A stretch of DNA of 64,000 bases from Tubulanus polymorphus (GCF_964204645.1 NC_134031.1:15363807-15427806), one strand, 5' to 3'; numbered from the stretch's first letter, positions 1 through 13,427 are shown. Program-made: numbers and translations. The notes: generated from the sequence alone by a model not told the origin.

Positions 1-660
1 ATGTTACGTGGCTCTAATATCGTGTTCTGATAACAAAAAATATCTACAAATTGCAGTTGAACATGGATATTTGTTACGTTTAGCTAATAAGGTAAATTAT
101 GTATTCTAAACCGGCGAATAATTTGAAATGTGTAAAAGGACGACATAACATTTTACGTGATGCATTGCGACCAAAACATAAACACAGGATTCGAGAAAAA
201 TTAAGGACTTTTTGCACCAGACCGAACGCTCGTGTGTGCGTGCTTGTTGCGTCGGGGTTATTCTTTAAACGTTTAATGAAATTTCATCATTATCATTTAA
301 TTTGATTGTAACTTTATACAAAGTACAGTATACAAATATCGTTTATCTAATACAAAATATGGCGTAAATGCATACATAGCAGCGAATAGTAATCATATAG
401 TGATTTGGGGGGGGGGGGGGGGGTACATGTGTAGGTTCAAAGGCTACATTTAGGTATCCACATAGTTTGATCAGAATTTTTTTTTGAATAATTGAAGGGG
501 GTTATCAGTTTATAAAGGCTCACGTCTGATGATGAGATGATTTTGATAATTGGCAAACCGTAAAAGTATTTCAAGATTTACTCGTCATTCATTCGATAAA
601 TTGGCTATATAATTTTCTAACTGGCAACAATTTGATCCGAGTTCTGAGGTGCATTAAAAT
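1..660. repeat. Diverged copy of the region upstream of the GPCR gene (paralogous to ~2053-2616)
   Basis: ATGTTACGTGGCTCTAATATCGTGTTCTGATA occurs at 1 and 2053. Similarity continues in patches (AAAGGACGACATAACATTTTAC; CTAACTGGCA...GGTGCA..AAAATT) to ~660/2616. Confidence 0.75.
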
Positions 661-820
661 TAAAATGGTTCAACTCGAATCAATTTTCATTTAAAATGAT
701 ATAATCTTTTGGCAATGGACCCTGCAGTCGTTACGCAAAGGATCCAAATTAAACCCAGCGATCAGCAGTAGTTCTAGTAGGGTTTGCATGAATACAATCC
801 GTCCTAAACCAAGCGCATAT

Positions 821-1939
821 TTAACGAGTGAAATAGTGAACCAGGAAAAATCTTTTGGCGGTTTTTTTGAAAAGCGTATTAGTTGAACAGTACACGGCAA
901 AATTCAACGAGGAATCTAAAATACTCAATAGAATTCCAATCTTCCTGATTACCATGAATGAATTAAAAGAAACGCTACGCTTTAAAGCGAACTGTGTTTC
1001 AAAATAAGTTATAAGACGGTCAATTGAAGCAGGAATTTCAAATATCATGAACATCAAAACTATCAAAAGAATCATCTTCAAAATCTTCTGCTCTTTCGAA
1101 TCTGTAGACGGTATTCTGACCGTAGAAGTGGCTAATTCCTTTCGCTGTTTGTAATGATTTCGTTGGATCAAGGCCATCAGCGCGATGTTTATCAAAACCA
1201 ATATAACGAATGGAGAAATAATGCACATGAACATATAAGTGTGGTATGTAAACGTGTATGCGATATCAAAATTGTAATTGAAAGGAGTTCGGATAGTTTT
1301 AGCTCCAAATGTTCCCATAGTGTACAGTGAGATCTTTCCAAAACAATGCCAAGAAGCTCTAGCAGGAAGATACAGAGGAAAGAAGTAAGGCCAGTTTAGA
1401 AATACCGAGACAACGAAATTGGAAACTGCGAGACAAGTGATTTGAGTTTTGGCCCAAAACCGTCTGAAATACAGCGGGCTAGCGACAACTATTAATCTTT
1501 CTAAGTTCAATATAACAACAGACCAATTCCTGGCCATTTGAAAAACGAAGAAAAAAGGCATCACCCAAATGATTATTTCGTGTCCAAAATACCAGTCATC
1601 GTACCTGTGTATGTGTGTGTAGAGCGATGCGTAGATTATGATTGTTCGTAGTGGATAAAGTATAAACACCGCGATTAGAAAAAGCAAATCAAACCACGCC
1701 AGAATTATGACTGTCAGATACGTGTCGCTATCGATACGGCGAAAAACTGTAATTGTAGCTGAATTGAGAACTATTCCCATTAACGACGCCGGTAAATATG
1801 CTAATATGTACATATAGACGCTGAAGGTATATTGCCATCTGACCGGTGGGTGCACGCATTCCGCTGGATCAGCCGTCACTTCTGCGGAGGTTATTGCGGT
1901 GATATTAGAATTTGGTTGAAGTAATGTTGAAGTCATCAT
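821..1939 (-). CDS. Intronless class A (rhodopsin-like) peptide GPCR, FMRFamide-receptor-like, 372 aa
   Basis: Seven hydrophobic segments; TM2 LAWFD; TM3 end ERL (DRY equivalent); TM6 FEIP; TM7 DSSLNFAVY followed by F..K helix 8. Confidence 0.9.
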   Translation of the reverse strand: MMTSTLLQPNSNITAITSAEVTADPAECVHPPVRWQYTFSVYMYILAYLPASLMGIVLNSATITVFRRIDSDTYLTVIILAWFDLLFLIAVFILYPLRTIIIYASLYTHIHRYDDWYFGHEIIIWVMPFFFVFQMARNWSVVILNLERLIVVASPLYFRRFWAKTQITCLAVSNFVVSVFLNWPYFFPLYLPARASWHCFGKISLYTMGTFGAKTIRTPFNYNFDIAYTFTYHTYMFMCIISPFVILVLINIALMALIQRNHYKQRKELATSTVRIPSTDSKEQKILKMILLIVLMFMIFEIPASIDRLITYFETQFALKRSVSFNSFMVIRKIGILLSILDSSLNFAVYCSTNTLFKKTAKRFFLVHYFTR

Positions 1940-4066
1940 GAGTGCGAGTCCTCATTCACTGACTGAGCTCGATGCAATGTTTACAATTTAGATGATAATT
2001 CTCGCCAGTTAATAACATGTAAAAAGTCCTAGAGTCTGATTTCAAATGTTTGATGTTACGTGGCTCTAATATCGTGTTCTGATATAAAAAATATCTACAA
2101 ATTGCGGCAGAACGTGAAAATTTTAAAATGACGTTAATTTTAATGAGGTGAATCATGTATTCTTAACCGGCGAGTAATTTGAAATATGTACAGAATTAAA
2201 AGGACGACATAACATTTTACATGATGCATTGCGCCCAAACAACACAGGATTCAAGAAAATCGAGTGTTTTCTGCAGCAGACCAACCCCTCGGGGTACGCA
2301 TTTCTCGTACAAATTAAGTGTTGGCGCATAACAGTCATTCAATTAATATTATTACATTTCTTACGTATATGTTTATTCATCAATAATTCTGTAAAAGTTT
2401 TACATGAAAATAAAGCATATCATATCATCGATTATTCACGCAATGTCTCATCGGGATTATTCGTTAAACATTACCTAAAGTATGAGGTAATTTATGAGCG
2501 ATCAACAAACAGTAAACGTATTCGGTATTTGCACCTTTGTTCGATTTGAATGGCAAAAGGAAATTTGCTAACTGGCAGTAACCAATTTGTTCCGAGGTCC
2601 TAGGTGCAACAAAATTACACCGATTATATTCTCGTGACAACTGAAACCATTGTAACATCATTCGTTTCGATGTACTTCCAGAATCAGATCAAACCAGTAG
2701 AATCCAAGACGCAGTCAGCATTAGAATACATCGTTTAATATTTCAGCATTCTTTTATCTTTTTCCACTGCAGCTTAAAAAATATTTCTAGTTCTCCGCCA
2801 GAGAGCTTGTTCTGAACTCTGATCTAACATTCAGAATTTGGGCCCATTTATACAAATCTATCTTCCTGGTGTCAAAATTATGATTAACTATTTTTAAGAA
2901 GAATTTAATTTTTGTGAGGTAGTGATATTCGAGGACATTATATTTTTTGTGAAAATGATTTATGATAGGGAAGTTATTTGACGACTGAATATCTAAAATA
3001 TTTGATTTTGAAAATGTTTTACACCAGGATGACAGGTCTAGTTTTTATATGTATCATTACATTTAATGATGACGATGGCCACATCGTCAGCATTTTCCCA
3101 TTTTCCATGATTTCCAGGCGGTAAATACTTAGTATGTGTAGATTTCGATGAAGCTGTGTACATAACTCATAACTAAAACAAACATCTGGTTATAAGTACT
3201 GCAAATAAACGCTTCTACCAACTTCACTCATTTAAGTACACAAAACAGATTAAACGAAAAAACGACATATACAGCAAGCTGTTTGCGAACATTAGATCAT
3301 ATTTTTGTTGACGATTTAACAGTGAGTATCTAGTCAATTTCACTATAGTTTTTTCTTCAAAATATGACGGGTATACGTGATTTTATTATCAAATCGACTG
3401 TATAGTTAGCCTATAACATAAGGGAAATAAAAGAGATGTTTTCAATCAGATAGATTCACAATGCGTGCGCCGTTTTGGAATGCGATGTGCCGAATAAAAT
3501 CACAATAATCAATGATTGAAATAATAATGGCGTTTCACATTAATCGATACTGGATAAGATTGAAATACGGTATTTTCATTGTCGTCACCGCGCCCATCTG
3601 AATAATATTCTACGCGGTGAAACAGCTGTTCTTTAAGATTATGAATTGTAAACCTAGCAATAATCGACAGACGTACTTGATATCGAAGGCAGTAGGCTAG
3701 TATACTGCTGGTTTGAATAAATCACAAGTACACATCCGAACGGCTGGTGATGAATTTCTGTTAGATTGTAAATTAATGAATTTAATTTAGAGAACTGAAG
3801 CTATAGAACGGACATCTACTCTACATATATGGCGCGTCAGGGGATTCAACATTTGTATTGCTCAACAAATACAAGCAGCTGATCGTACTGATCGTGAGGG
3901 TGAGTGTATATGTTAAATAGAATAATCTGATTTCTCCTTATGAATTATGCGACGAAATTTACTAATAATAGTTGCTGATCGCTAATTTCAGACAAACTTA
4001 ACCATAACTTGTTTTGAAATGATTGATTTTCTATTTTCGATGAGGAATCTTATCACCGATAAACCT

Positions 4067-4372
4067 TTTTACAGTTTCCAGGCGCCTTGTTTTTGGGTAC
4101 CCGATGGGTCTGCATTGTTGAATTCTTTTGTCCCAATTTCCCCCCTGTTTAATCCCGGCGCGCAATGTTGCAGTAACTTTATGAATGACATATCATAAAA
4201 AAGTTAATCATCAACTGAGGAGTTCGTCAATATTTAACTTTGTTTCTATCTTAATCCAATCCCAGAGATATGAGCGAAATAAGAAAATCTAACCGGGGAA
4301 AAATAGGGAAATAAATTCAACAACACGGAAGCCAGCGGGTACCAAAAACACGGCGCCTGGAAACTGTAAAAA
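4067..4372. mobile_element. MITE-like element with ~85 bp imperfect inverted repeats
   Basis: 4067-4150 (TTTTACAGTTTCCAGGCGCC..TGTTTTTGGGTACCCG) is the reverse complement of 4291-4372 (..CGGGTACCAAAAACACGGCGCCTGGAAACTGTAAAA). Confidence 0.7.
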
Positions 4373-4436
4373 TGCTTATTACGTAACAGATCGAATGAGT
4401 GACTAATACGCGGAGAAGCAACTTCCGGAAACAACG

Positions 4437-5863
4437 ATGATGAGCTTGCTGAGACGACTTATCAAAGCTGTCATCGACAAAAAACGTATAGGAAAAACAA
4501 TTTACTTATTGGCGGCAACATTCGTCACGATCGGACTTAGTTTATGTATAATCTTCGTGGTGAATATGCTCATTCCGTTTTTACAAGTTAAACACTACAA
4601 ACCGACAGCGTGCACGACGGTGAATTCATCATGGCGAGGAGGGTGGCGTTTTACTTCGGTCGGGACGTGGCCGTTTTGTCCGGCGTCGATGGTCAGTTGG
4701 ATACAGAATCGAATGTCTTACCCGTGCCTGACGATCGTCGTGTCGTATCGATCGGCGGAGGGAAACCAGTTCACCTCGATGATTCACGAAAATGAGTTCG
4801 TATTGTACGATATGCTCGAAGATAAGAAAAACGTGAGCGAATTTTCATAATATGTACTTAAAAATATCGACGGCTCTGAGACCTAAAACACAGTTCTGTA
4901 GTTCTGTAGCTAAACAGTCGAGCCTCGTTAGTACGATTTGGCTTACAACGAAAACCTTAGAATACGATGCATTTAAGAATTCCCGGCCTTTCTTTTAATA
5001 TTTTGCTATAAGAATGTTTGCTTAGTACGATCACATAAATATGAAATGCCCAGCAAAACGTTTTAAACTGTACGATCTATGGTACGATCTACGAGCAATC
5101 ATCTCATTGAGATGATTGCTCGTAGGTACGATGGGGTCTATAATGAGTTGAACTCGTCCGCATTATCTATGCGTAGTCTGAGCTATCTATTGTGTGGTGG
5201 CGCTGACCACGCGTGCAATGAACTTATGGGTTGTCTGTTAGTATGGTATTGTTTTTATCAAATGGTTAACACAAAATTCGGTTAATACGATAATTTCTCA
5301 TTTTCCCACGGGCATCTTACTAGCAAGGTTTGACTGTATATGCATAACAAAAAAGGATAAAGGTGAATCAATCCCATTTTCTAGAATTCCGTAGCTTTTC
5401 ATCATTTTTGCTTCTACATCTAACTGAACGATAATTACGTGTATATTTTCAGTGCACGTATACTCGATGTGGTCCAAGTACGGGTGACAATCAACGCGCT
5501 ATATATAGAGAATATCTAAAGTACGGCAAACCGGGGACAACTTTCGACTGTTTGTACGATCCGATCAATCCGATGAGTGTCATATTACGGACGTATCACA
5601 CGTACGTCCAAGTTCTCGAAATGACCGTCATATCGGCCGGTTTCGTGGTGCTCGGGTTTTTGATTATATTGATTACGTACGGGTTGATAGGTTGTGATAT
5701 TTGGAGTAAACGGATATCGACCGTGCAGTGGGAGCGCCGGTTAAAAACGATCGAAATGGAAGCGGAAATGACGTTACGCGCGGCTAAGATAGCAGCCGAT
5801 GCGTCGAGGAATAATCTAGCATTTCAATCAGCTTTCGATATGGAAGAACAATGCCACCAATAG
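4437..5863 (+). CDS. Calcium-activated (BK) potassium channel beta-subunit-like protein (CaKB/KCNMB family), ~268 aa, 2 exons
   Basis: Exons 4437-4832 (AC|GTGAG) and 5453-5863 (TTTTCAG|TGC) join in frame. Two TM helices flank a Cys-rich loop with C-T-T, YPCL.I.V, CTYTRC and FDCLYDP..P..VILR.Y, the KCNMB pattern. Confidence 0.75.
4915..5336. mobile_element. Tc1/pogo-type MITE in the intron of the KCNMB-like gene
   Basis: Termini CAGTCGAGCCTCGTTAGTA ... TACTAGCAAGGTTTGACTG followed by TA. Confidence 0.55.
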
Positions 5864-6368
5864 ATTGGATATACATGATTATTTCCACTTTGCTATCGGC
5901 GTTGATTCCGAAACACCTGTTTGTGCCTCCGGAATAGGACGGATTTATCGAGATATGAATACTCCTCGATGCGAGGACACCTACGGAAAGTCTTCCATGT
6001 TAAAAGAAGCAGACATTTTGATACTTTCAATTATACATTATACATATGATACAATATAATACAATAAAAAATATGCACGACTGTACAGATTGATTGTATT
6101 CGTAATGTTATCATGTGCAGGTTTTCAAATCGAAAGAAACTTATGAGGGGTTATCACAACAATCGGGTTTTCAGGTCCATCGATTTCACTGTAAAAGTCT
6201 CATATTGGCAATCGGATTCTATCCTAATGATCGTCGTTAATACGACACTATATACGTGATGTGACGAAAATGTTAAGAGAATCCCATGATAATAACGAAA
6301 AAATCAAGTCCGAAAACGTTTCCTTGAGCTTGATAGTTTACATACCCCTCGTTTTTAGACATAATCTC

Positions 6369-6410
6369 GCACCTGACGATAATCTCTAGTGTGAGATTGA
6401 AACGTCGTGT
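6369..6410 (+). ncRNA. Minimal type I hammerhead-ribozyme-like motif (Penelope-associated type)
   Basis: GCAC-CTGACGA-T-AATCTC(tagtgt)GAGATT-GAAA-CG-TC-GTGT. Conserved core CUGANGA/GAAA/UH with pairing stem I and stem II. Confidence 0.55.
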
Positions 6411-8014
6411 CTCAAATTGTTTTTTTTTTGAAAAATACATTTGATTTTTACTTAGTGGGTTTAATCTTATTATCCGTTCACTACGTTTGAGTGTGGGTAA
6501 TCTACTAATAGACGAAATATTGAATATCAAGTTCAATGTAATGTTTAGAAAGAAGTATGTGCGTGCATATTTTCACGTGCGCGCTGTAGTTGGTGTGTAA
6601 TGGTGAAATGTTATCTTCGAGTCAAGCACAGCTGGTAAAATCAGGATATCGGTGTCGCAATAACAAGATTCTTGGCATCAAATACGCAATAGCTTTATTC
6701 GACACAGCTGTTTGATGTGACGACGTCATCGAAATCTCGCAGTAATCAATGCACTTGAAAAATATATTGGCTTATGACTTTATTCGTGATTGCGCGGCAG
6801 TAAAAGACTGATTGTAGTTCAAAAACCTATATCACGAAAAGCTTAATCCCACTGTTGTTCCCAGTGTCTTCAATTCATACAAAAGCTTTGTTCCTCCAAA
6901 TCTCCAATAGGCCGGGTCATTTTGAAAAACGCAATAAAATGTTCAGTTTTCTAATCAGTTCCGGTTGGGTCTCGTATGTTTAGCTTCTTATGGTTAGCCT
7001 GCTTGTGATTTTTTCTACGTATTGTACAGGATACGCAGCCGGTGGCCAGGTCCACTTTTAAGCTCAGCAGAAAGGAAAAACATATTAGCATTATCATTAT
7101 TATCATTATTAAATGGTAATAATGATAATGTTTTGTTAACGATTTAAATTACAATATGAAGTAGCAGGAATGAATACAAAATTATTGCAATATAAGGCGC
7201 TGGACGACTGGTGAAGTCAAAATAAACTTATTACCTGAAGGGCCCAGTCACCCACATTCTCACATTCACGCAGATTCATACCCCATTCACACCTACAAGT
7301 TACACGACAAAACATATCATTGAAAATATAATAGTCCCATGATATTTGGTACATTAGATTGAATCAATCAGAAATGAATAATTCATCTTAACATATTGGG
7401 AAATGAAATATCTTACAGAGTATAAATTTTCAAGCCTTTTTCTCATCGTAAGGACCTTAATCGACTCTTTACAGTAAAACCCCAAAATAAGAAAAGGTCT
7501 CGAGACCCGCTACTAAAGGTGCCCATCCATGTCAAGAATGAGCTTAGTGGATTGCCGCTCACATGCAAAACATTAAACGTCGTACCCAGCATTCGGGATT
7601 GACTCTGATCGAGGCGAATAATGGCCGTTACTATTCTAGGAAAAATCTCGTAGTTAGTATTCGACCTAGGAAAACTGATCCGACACCCGCGTTTTACGCA
7701 CAGTCGTACGATTGTCCTTCTTACGCGTTTTACTGTTAGCTTATTCGAAATTCGAATGAATTATTTTATTTACAAAATATTGGAATAAAGAAAAAAAAAC
7801 ATAGAAATAATGGCAAAATATAGCGTAGAAACCATCGTAGTCATTTCTGTTTTAATAAAATGCAATAGAGACCTTATAAATTAAATCCAGTGGATGAGTC
7901 CTTTTTTTCAATCCTTCGTCCGCGTTTTACCGCTACCCGATGATCGCCATTGAGGGATCTGTCAAACACGAACAAACAGCTGTCGATTGATTATTGAATG
8001 TTTACGGGGTCACG

Positions 8015-11000
8015 ATGGTCTGTGACTTGCCCTGTATGTCCTATATGGCGCTATACATCATCTCGATGCACGTAATTCACAGTAATTCCCGCACGTCGAC
8101 TCACTGGAAGCTCAGCGACGGCCGAGTAGTGCAGGCAATGCCGCCGGACTCGACTCAGGACCACCATCATCACCATCACATGGCTGCAGACCAGTCTCTG
8201 TTACGAGATGAAGAGACCGGCGTCGGATCGGAAACCGATCCCGATCCGCTACTCGGTATACTCACGACGAACAAGGTTCTGTTCAACGGGGGATGGAAGT
8301 TAGAAGCGCGCGCGGCGGGCGGCGAGGGGGGTACCGGCGGCGCCACCTCCTCGGACTCGTCGACGTGTATACAGCAACAATACGATAACACCCCGCGCGT
8401 AACTAGTACTAACCAGAATAATATCGTAAAAGCTGAGTAAGTAGAGAAAATTTGAGTCCCTTTTGAGGAGTATATGTTATTTCAGCCTCAGTTGCGCAAG
8501 GTGTGAATACTGTCTTACATTCATTATCAGTACTGACTGAATGGCAATTCTGGCTGTTTTCAGTGTTAGGGCCTCACTTTAAAGGCTGTGGGTCAGTTGA
8601 AGCTCTTAAGGTTGAAGCCCTTGATCCTTAGTCCAATTGGGTTAGTCATGGGAAATCGTGATCTAAATCACTTAAAGCATAAACAAACAAGCTTTCTGAA
8701 TGTAACGCTACAATAGGCTTGTCACCTTCAACCTAACTTAGCAAGTATATACCTATATGGGAGGTTTGTGTTAATACCCCCTGTTAATTTTAAAAGCGCC
8801 ATTCGAGATTAGAGCTAATTTACAAAAATGTCTTGGGTCGGACTTTTAGACCGGTAAATAGTTGGGGCTATTTCCAATTTTGATTAATTGCCTATCATTA
8901 AGAGAAACCCCTCAATATCGATTTAACTATCGGGCTAACTGTCATTTTGAGATAAAGTCTGAAAAAGGGTTGAAGGATTCTGCCTGAAAAGTAAGAAAAA
9001 ACAATAACAGTTGTTTGAATTGATATTGTGGGTTTCTCTTAATGATGACCTGTAGATTCTGTGTGTAGTAGGGGGTTGACCATTTTCAAATTTGCTGAAT
9101 GATCATTGTTTTTGGAATTTTTAAAACTTCTGCGATGTTTTTTTTTTTGTACAGAACTATTAAAGGAACTTCGCCGAAAAAGGATCTCGCGCCGTCGAAT
9201 AGTAAAAATAGTGCCGTCGATAAAAACAATCTGACGCGACAAAAACCGACGGATATTAAACATAAAAAGGAGACTTTAGACTGCGGTAAAGCGGTGAATT
9301 CGACGCCGTTCGACCACCTACGCGGCATCACCAATCGTAAAGACCATCCGCACATCCCCGAGCCGGAGGTGGCCATGATATTTCGTAAAAAGGGCAGCAG
9401 AAATTCGGAGATCGATATGACCGAATTAGAGAAGAGATTGCGCAAAAATAGAAAAGAGGTTTGTATATGATAAGCTTTTTTTGTAATGATGATAGTTAAT
9501 TCTCAATATATTCTATGATGTAATCTTAGCGCTTTTAATAAAATGAGACAAAAGTTCAAAACAAACATGTTAGGAATACTCGACATAAAATTGACGACTA
9601 CCTCCGGTGATAATGACAAATAGGTTCGTTGGAAGAGATAAGTTTTCTGATTAGATTTTTAAAAGATTCGACTGTAAGATAAGATCTGATATGACTAGGC
9701 TTATCATTCAAAAAGTGCAGAAGCTGCAGCATAATTAATTAAAAAAGTCTTAAGCCATAAGTACGTATGTACGCAATATTTAGCCGAATTTTAAACTGTC
9801 TCTCCCCATGTATGCTATTTTAAACAATGTTGGAACGCACATAGGGGGAAGTAGCCTATGGTCTTTATGAATGACCTTTTGAGTGTTTATTTTCTCGGAT
9901 TCTAATGGTTAAGGACATTGGAAATTGATTCATTTTGAGTTCAAAATCGACTGTGAAATGTCTCCTTATTATTTCTAGTACTACTATATTACTACTACAA
10001 TGATACTACTATAATGTACATTAAAATAACATTAGCCACCTGTGACAAAATATCTACATGTACAGGACTCGATGAAATGATGTCTTATTCTTTGAATTGA
10101 GGCAGTTTTCAGGTGCAGCTGTTGTGTACGCTGTAGATATCAGCTTTTAATTAATATTCATTAGTTTTTCGTTAAAAATTTTTATACGGTTGGGATAAGG
10201 AGTTAGCTGGGAGGGGGGTGTTGGATTCTCAGAATGAAGGAAAAGGTCCGCTCGTTAACTAAAAAACAAGTTAATATGCAGCGATTTAATGAACCTTGTA
10301 GCTTATCAAGGAAGTTCTGGGGATAGATTAAAAAAACAATGCTGTATCTGATACTTCCTTGTGAAAGTAGAAGTAGGTTATGGGGAATCCCAAATTTCAA
10401 TTTAAAAATCGACCCAGTCCAACATTTCTAAAAAGTTAAAAATTCTAAAAATCTAAAAAAGTCAAAATTATCAAAAAAGTTCCGTGAAGATCTCACGAAG
10501 CTCTGCGCTCAGTAGTCTGGCTACGCCCCTGCATTGTCTCGTTAAACCCGAAATTTGAATTTTATTTCGATCTTTTTCAGCGTCCGAAGTCTGCGCAGGT
10601 TTATAATCAGATAGGAAACTTTTGGCGCATCAAAGGCAACACGCAATTGTCGATAGAATGCTTCCGCAAGGCGTTATCGATATCTCCGAATAATCCGGAC
10701 GTTCTGTTGAATCTAGCGCGCGTACTATTCAACTTACAATATCTGGACGACGCGATATTCTTAACGCGGCGCTCGCTCGAGATGCAGCCGCCCGACCAAA
10801 ACCCGTGGCTACAACATTTCACGCTTGGCGAGATTCTGAAAGCGTACGGCCACTATCAAGAGGCGACCCATCACTTCCGTCACACACTCGAGTTGAAGGC
10901 CGGGTTCCAGCCGGCGCAGGCGCACCTGCGCGAGATGGAGGTCAACCCGGACGGAACGGTGACGTACTACACGTTGTTCATCATACTGTTTCTCGTGATG

Positions 11001-11162
11001 GTCGTGTTGTGCGGGATACTGACGACCGTCGAGGCGAACATCGAAGAGTACGGCGAGATGATGAAAACGCAGCGCCACTTCAACCGCGCGATGGCCATGC
11101 GATCGATTAAGCTCGGCATGAACACGCGGTTGATGCGCATGAAGAAGTATCCGCACACCTGA
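8015..11162 (+). CDS. TTC17-like TPR protein with N-terminal hydrophobic leader and C-terminal TM helix, ~435 aa, 3 exons
   Basis: Exons 8015-8436, 9155-9458 and 10581-11162 join in frame with GT-AG sites. Motifs STHWKLSDGRV (cf. TTC17 TTHWVVTEDGKI), DC...FDHLRGI and GNFWRIKGN...IECFRKAL TPRs; TM YTLFIILFLVMVVLCGIL. The start ATG is uncertain. Confidence 0.8.
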
Positions 11163-13084
11163 CGCGTGTGTGAGGATAAGAGGGAGAATGTCCACGTCGC
11201 GGTCGCTTCGTAGCAGCAGTAGCAGCAATGGCACGACTTTGTATGTAACTTAACCGGGTATCGCTAATGGATTAGCAGGCGTAGCATTTAGAATATTATT
11301 CATCTGGCCACCCCCTGAGTTTCATAGATGCAGGCTCAGTGGCGGATCTAAGGGGAGGGTGTAGGCTGCGAAAAAGTTGTTCCGAAATTTTATGAGAAAA
11401 TAGTAAAGCCTATACCGAAAGAAGTTTAAATTCATAAGCTTGAAATGTAATGAGATGTAAATGCGATAAGTGTTTTCCGATGAGCTTTCTTTTGGGGTGC
11501 ACTTTAATAATTATATGACATGTCTACCTGAATTAGACCCTAGATCCGTCACTGGGGCCATTTTAGAATTTGTCAGTTCTTTCCATGGAACATGTCTCAC
11601 ACTGTATGTCACCCAGGTTGAGGATCTACCCTCAGGGGTATTCTATAATGAACCAGTCTATGAAACCGGGCTCCCAGATCTTAACAATTGAATGACGTTT
11701 ATCTTTGTCGGGTTACCGTAATTTCCATTCCGATATTAGTGAATTTTGTTGATATTATTTCTCGTTTTTAGTTCGGCGCTAATAGAAATATTCAGTTATC
11801 AGTAGTTTAGATTTAGACTTTGATTGCCTCGGGACCGATCAATTTTCTCCTGGCCTGTCAGAGCGACAATGGATCGTCGCAACACTTGAATGGAGTGGTG
11901 TATGGTCAAAATATTTCGTCCGGGACATGCGGATCTGAGCCGAGTGCAGTCTACTGTAGGCTTACTGTCACGCCGACTTATGCGTTTAGTTGATTCGTTC
12001 GGAATGGTCACTTCTCTCGCGGCTGAGTTATAATCGTTTTAAGGATTTACAAGAAATATCGAAATTCCTTTAGAAACAAGATTAAATCGTGAGTTTTTGT
12101 TTGCGAAACCGTCGGACCGTAATTTTGAACTTCCATCGTTCGCCAATCCAGTTCCGGTTCTAGGATGAAATAGCGCGACCGACTTGTTTCTTATTATTTT
12201 CCCGAGTATTTCGTGCTTTCTCCGTGTTTATTCATTATCGTTGTTGTTGTTATTGTTGTTGATTTAATGTTAAAACCCACCGCGCTTCCTCAGACATACG
12301 ATGACGATCGTATTTATCATAATCGGAATTTGAAAGTATTTTCAGTCTAGAGAAATGAACGAAGAAGAAATCGTATTTTAGCCTATTTAGGAGCAAAGAA
12401 TTTAGATTTTTTTAACGATATAGAATGTACAAGGTCTGCCATTGCACTAATGCAATGCACTATGCTTACATATTTTACATTGTTTTAAAAAAAACAATGT
12501 CTAGACGACATGTATATTTGTACTGGTGTCTCGTCAGTATTAAATTTGTCTTGCGTGTGCTGCCGGAAACTCGATCGCGTGCTGTGCCATTTATCTATCA
12601 ATCATAATTCGCCGAATTCGTCGTTGAATTTTGACGCTTTTCCCTTGTGACGAACGAATGAATTTACCAAATATTTCTTCATATTTTCAAGTACCGTAGT
12701 ACGAAATAAAGAACATTATTAACACTCGTATATATGTAAATCTTGTCGATTTTTGCGTCTTTTTTACTCCATCCACAACGCGGTTCAACGGTTGCCGGTT
12801 AATTTAGACTCTTATCAGATTTTAAAGATAAGTCTATTTCCGATGTTAAACTCAACTAGAGTATCGGTATGAGGGCTGCGGGTGGCGAACTTCAGGACCT
12901 GTTTTGAGGAGAGTAAAAATTCTTTAATACCGTTGTACATACGGGAGTCCAGAGGATAAAAATGGATGATTGCTCCTCCAGAATAGAAATTTTGCCGATG
13001 ACTCCTAAAAGACTCAATGACTGAATGACATCGCATGTGACTTCTGTTGGTTCCTCGAGTCCCCATTCGGTAACTAATTACATC

Positions 13085-13427
13085 CTAATGTCTATTTCAA
13101 CCTAACTTGAGAGCATTCCAGGTGGCCTAGCTCACTCATTTTTGGTAGTACATACCTGATAAAGGTCTTAGTAGGACCAGAAAGGACAGGCAGTTGACCT
13201 AAATCATCATTTTTTAATCCATTTGAAACTGTATTGAAGGATTTCCAAAAAGTCTTCACTGAAAGGGGTTCATGAGAGAAAAGAGACTCCATGATTAAAA
13301 AATGATGATTTAGGTCAACTGCCTGTCCTTTCTGGTCCTACTAAGACCTTTTTCAGGTATGTACTACCAAAACTGACTGAGCTAGGCCACCTGGAATGCT
13401 CTCAAGTCAGGTTGAAATAGACATTAG
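13085..13427. repeat. Long inverted repeat (~135 bp arms, ~70 bp spacer)
   Basis: 13085-13219 is the reverse complement of 13293-13427 with only a few mismatches. Confidence 0.9.
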
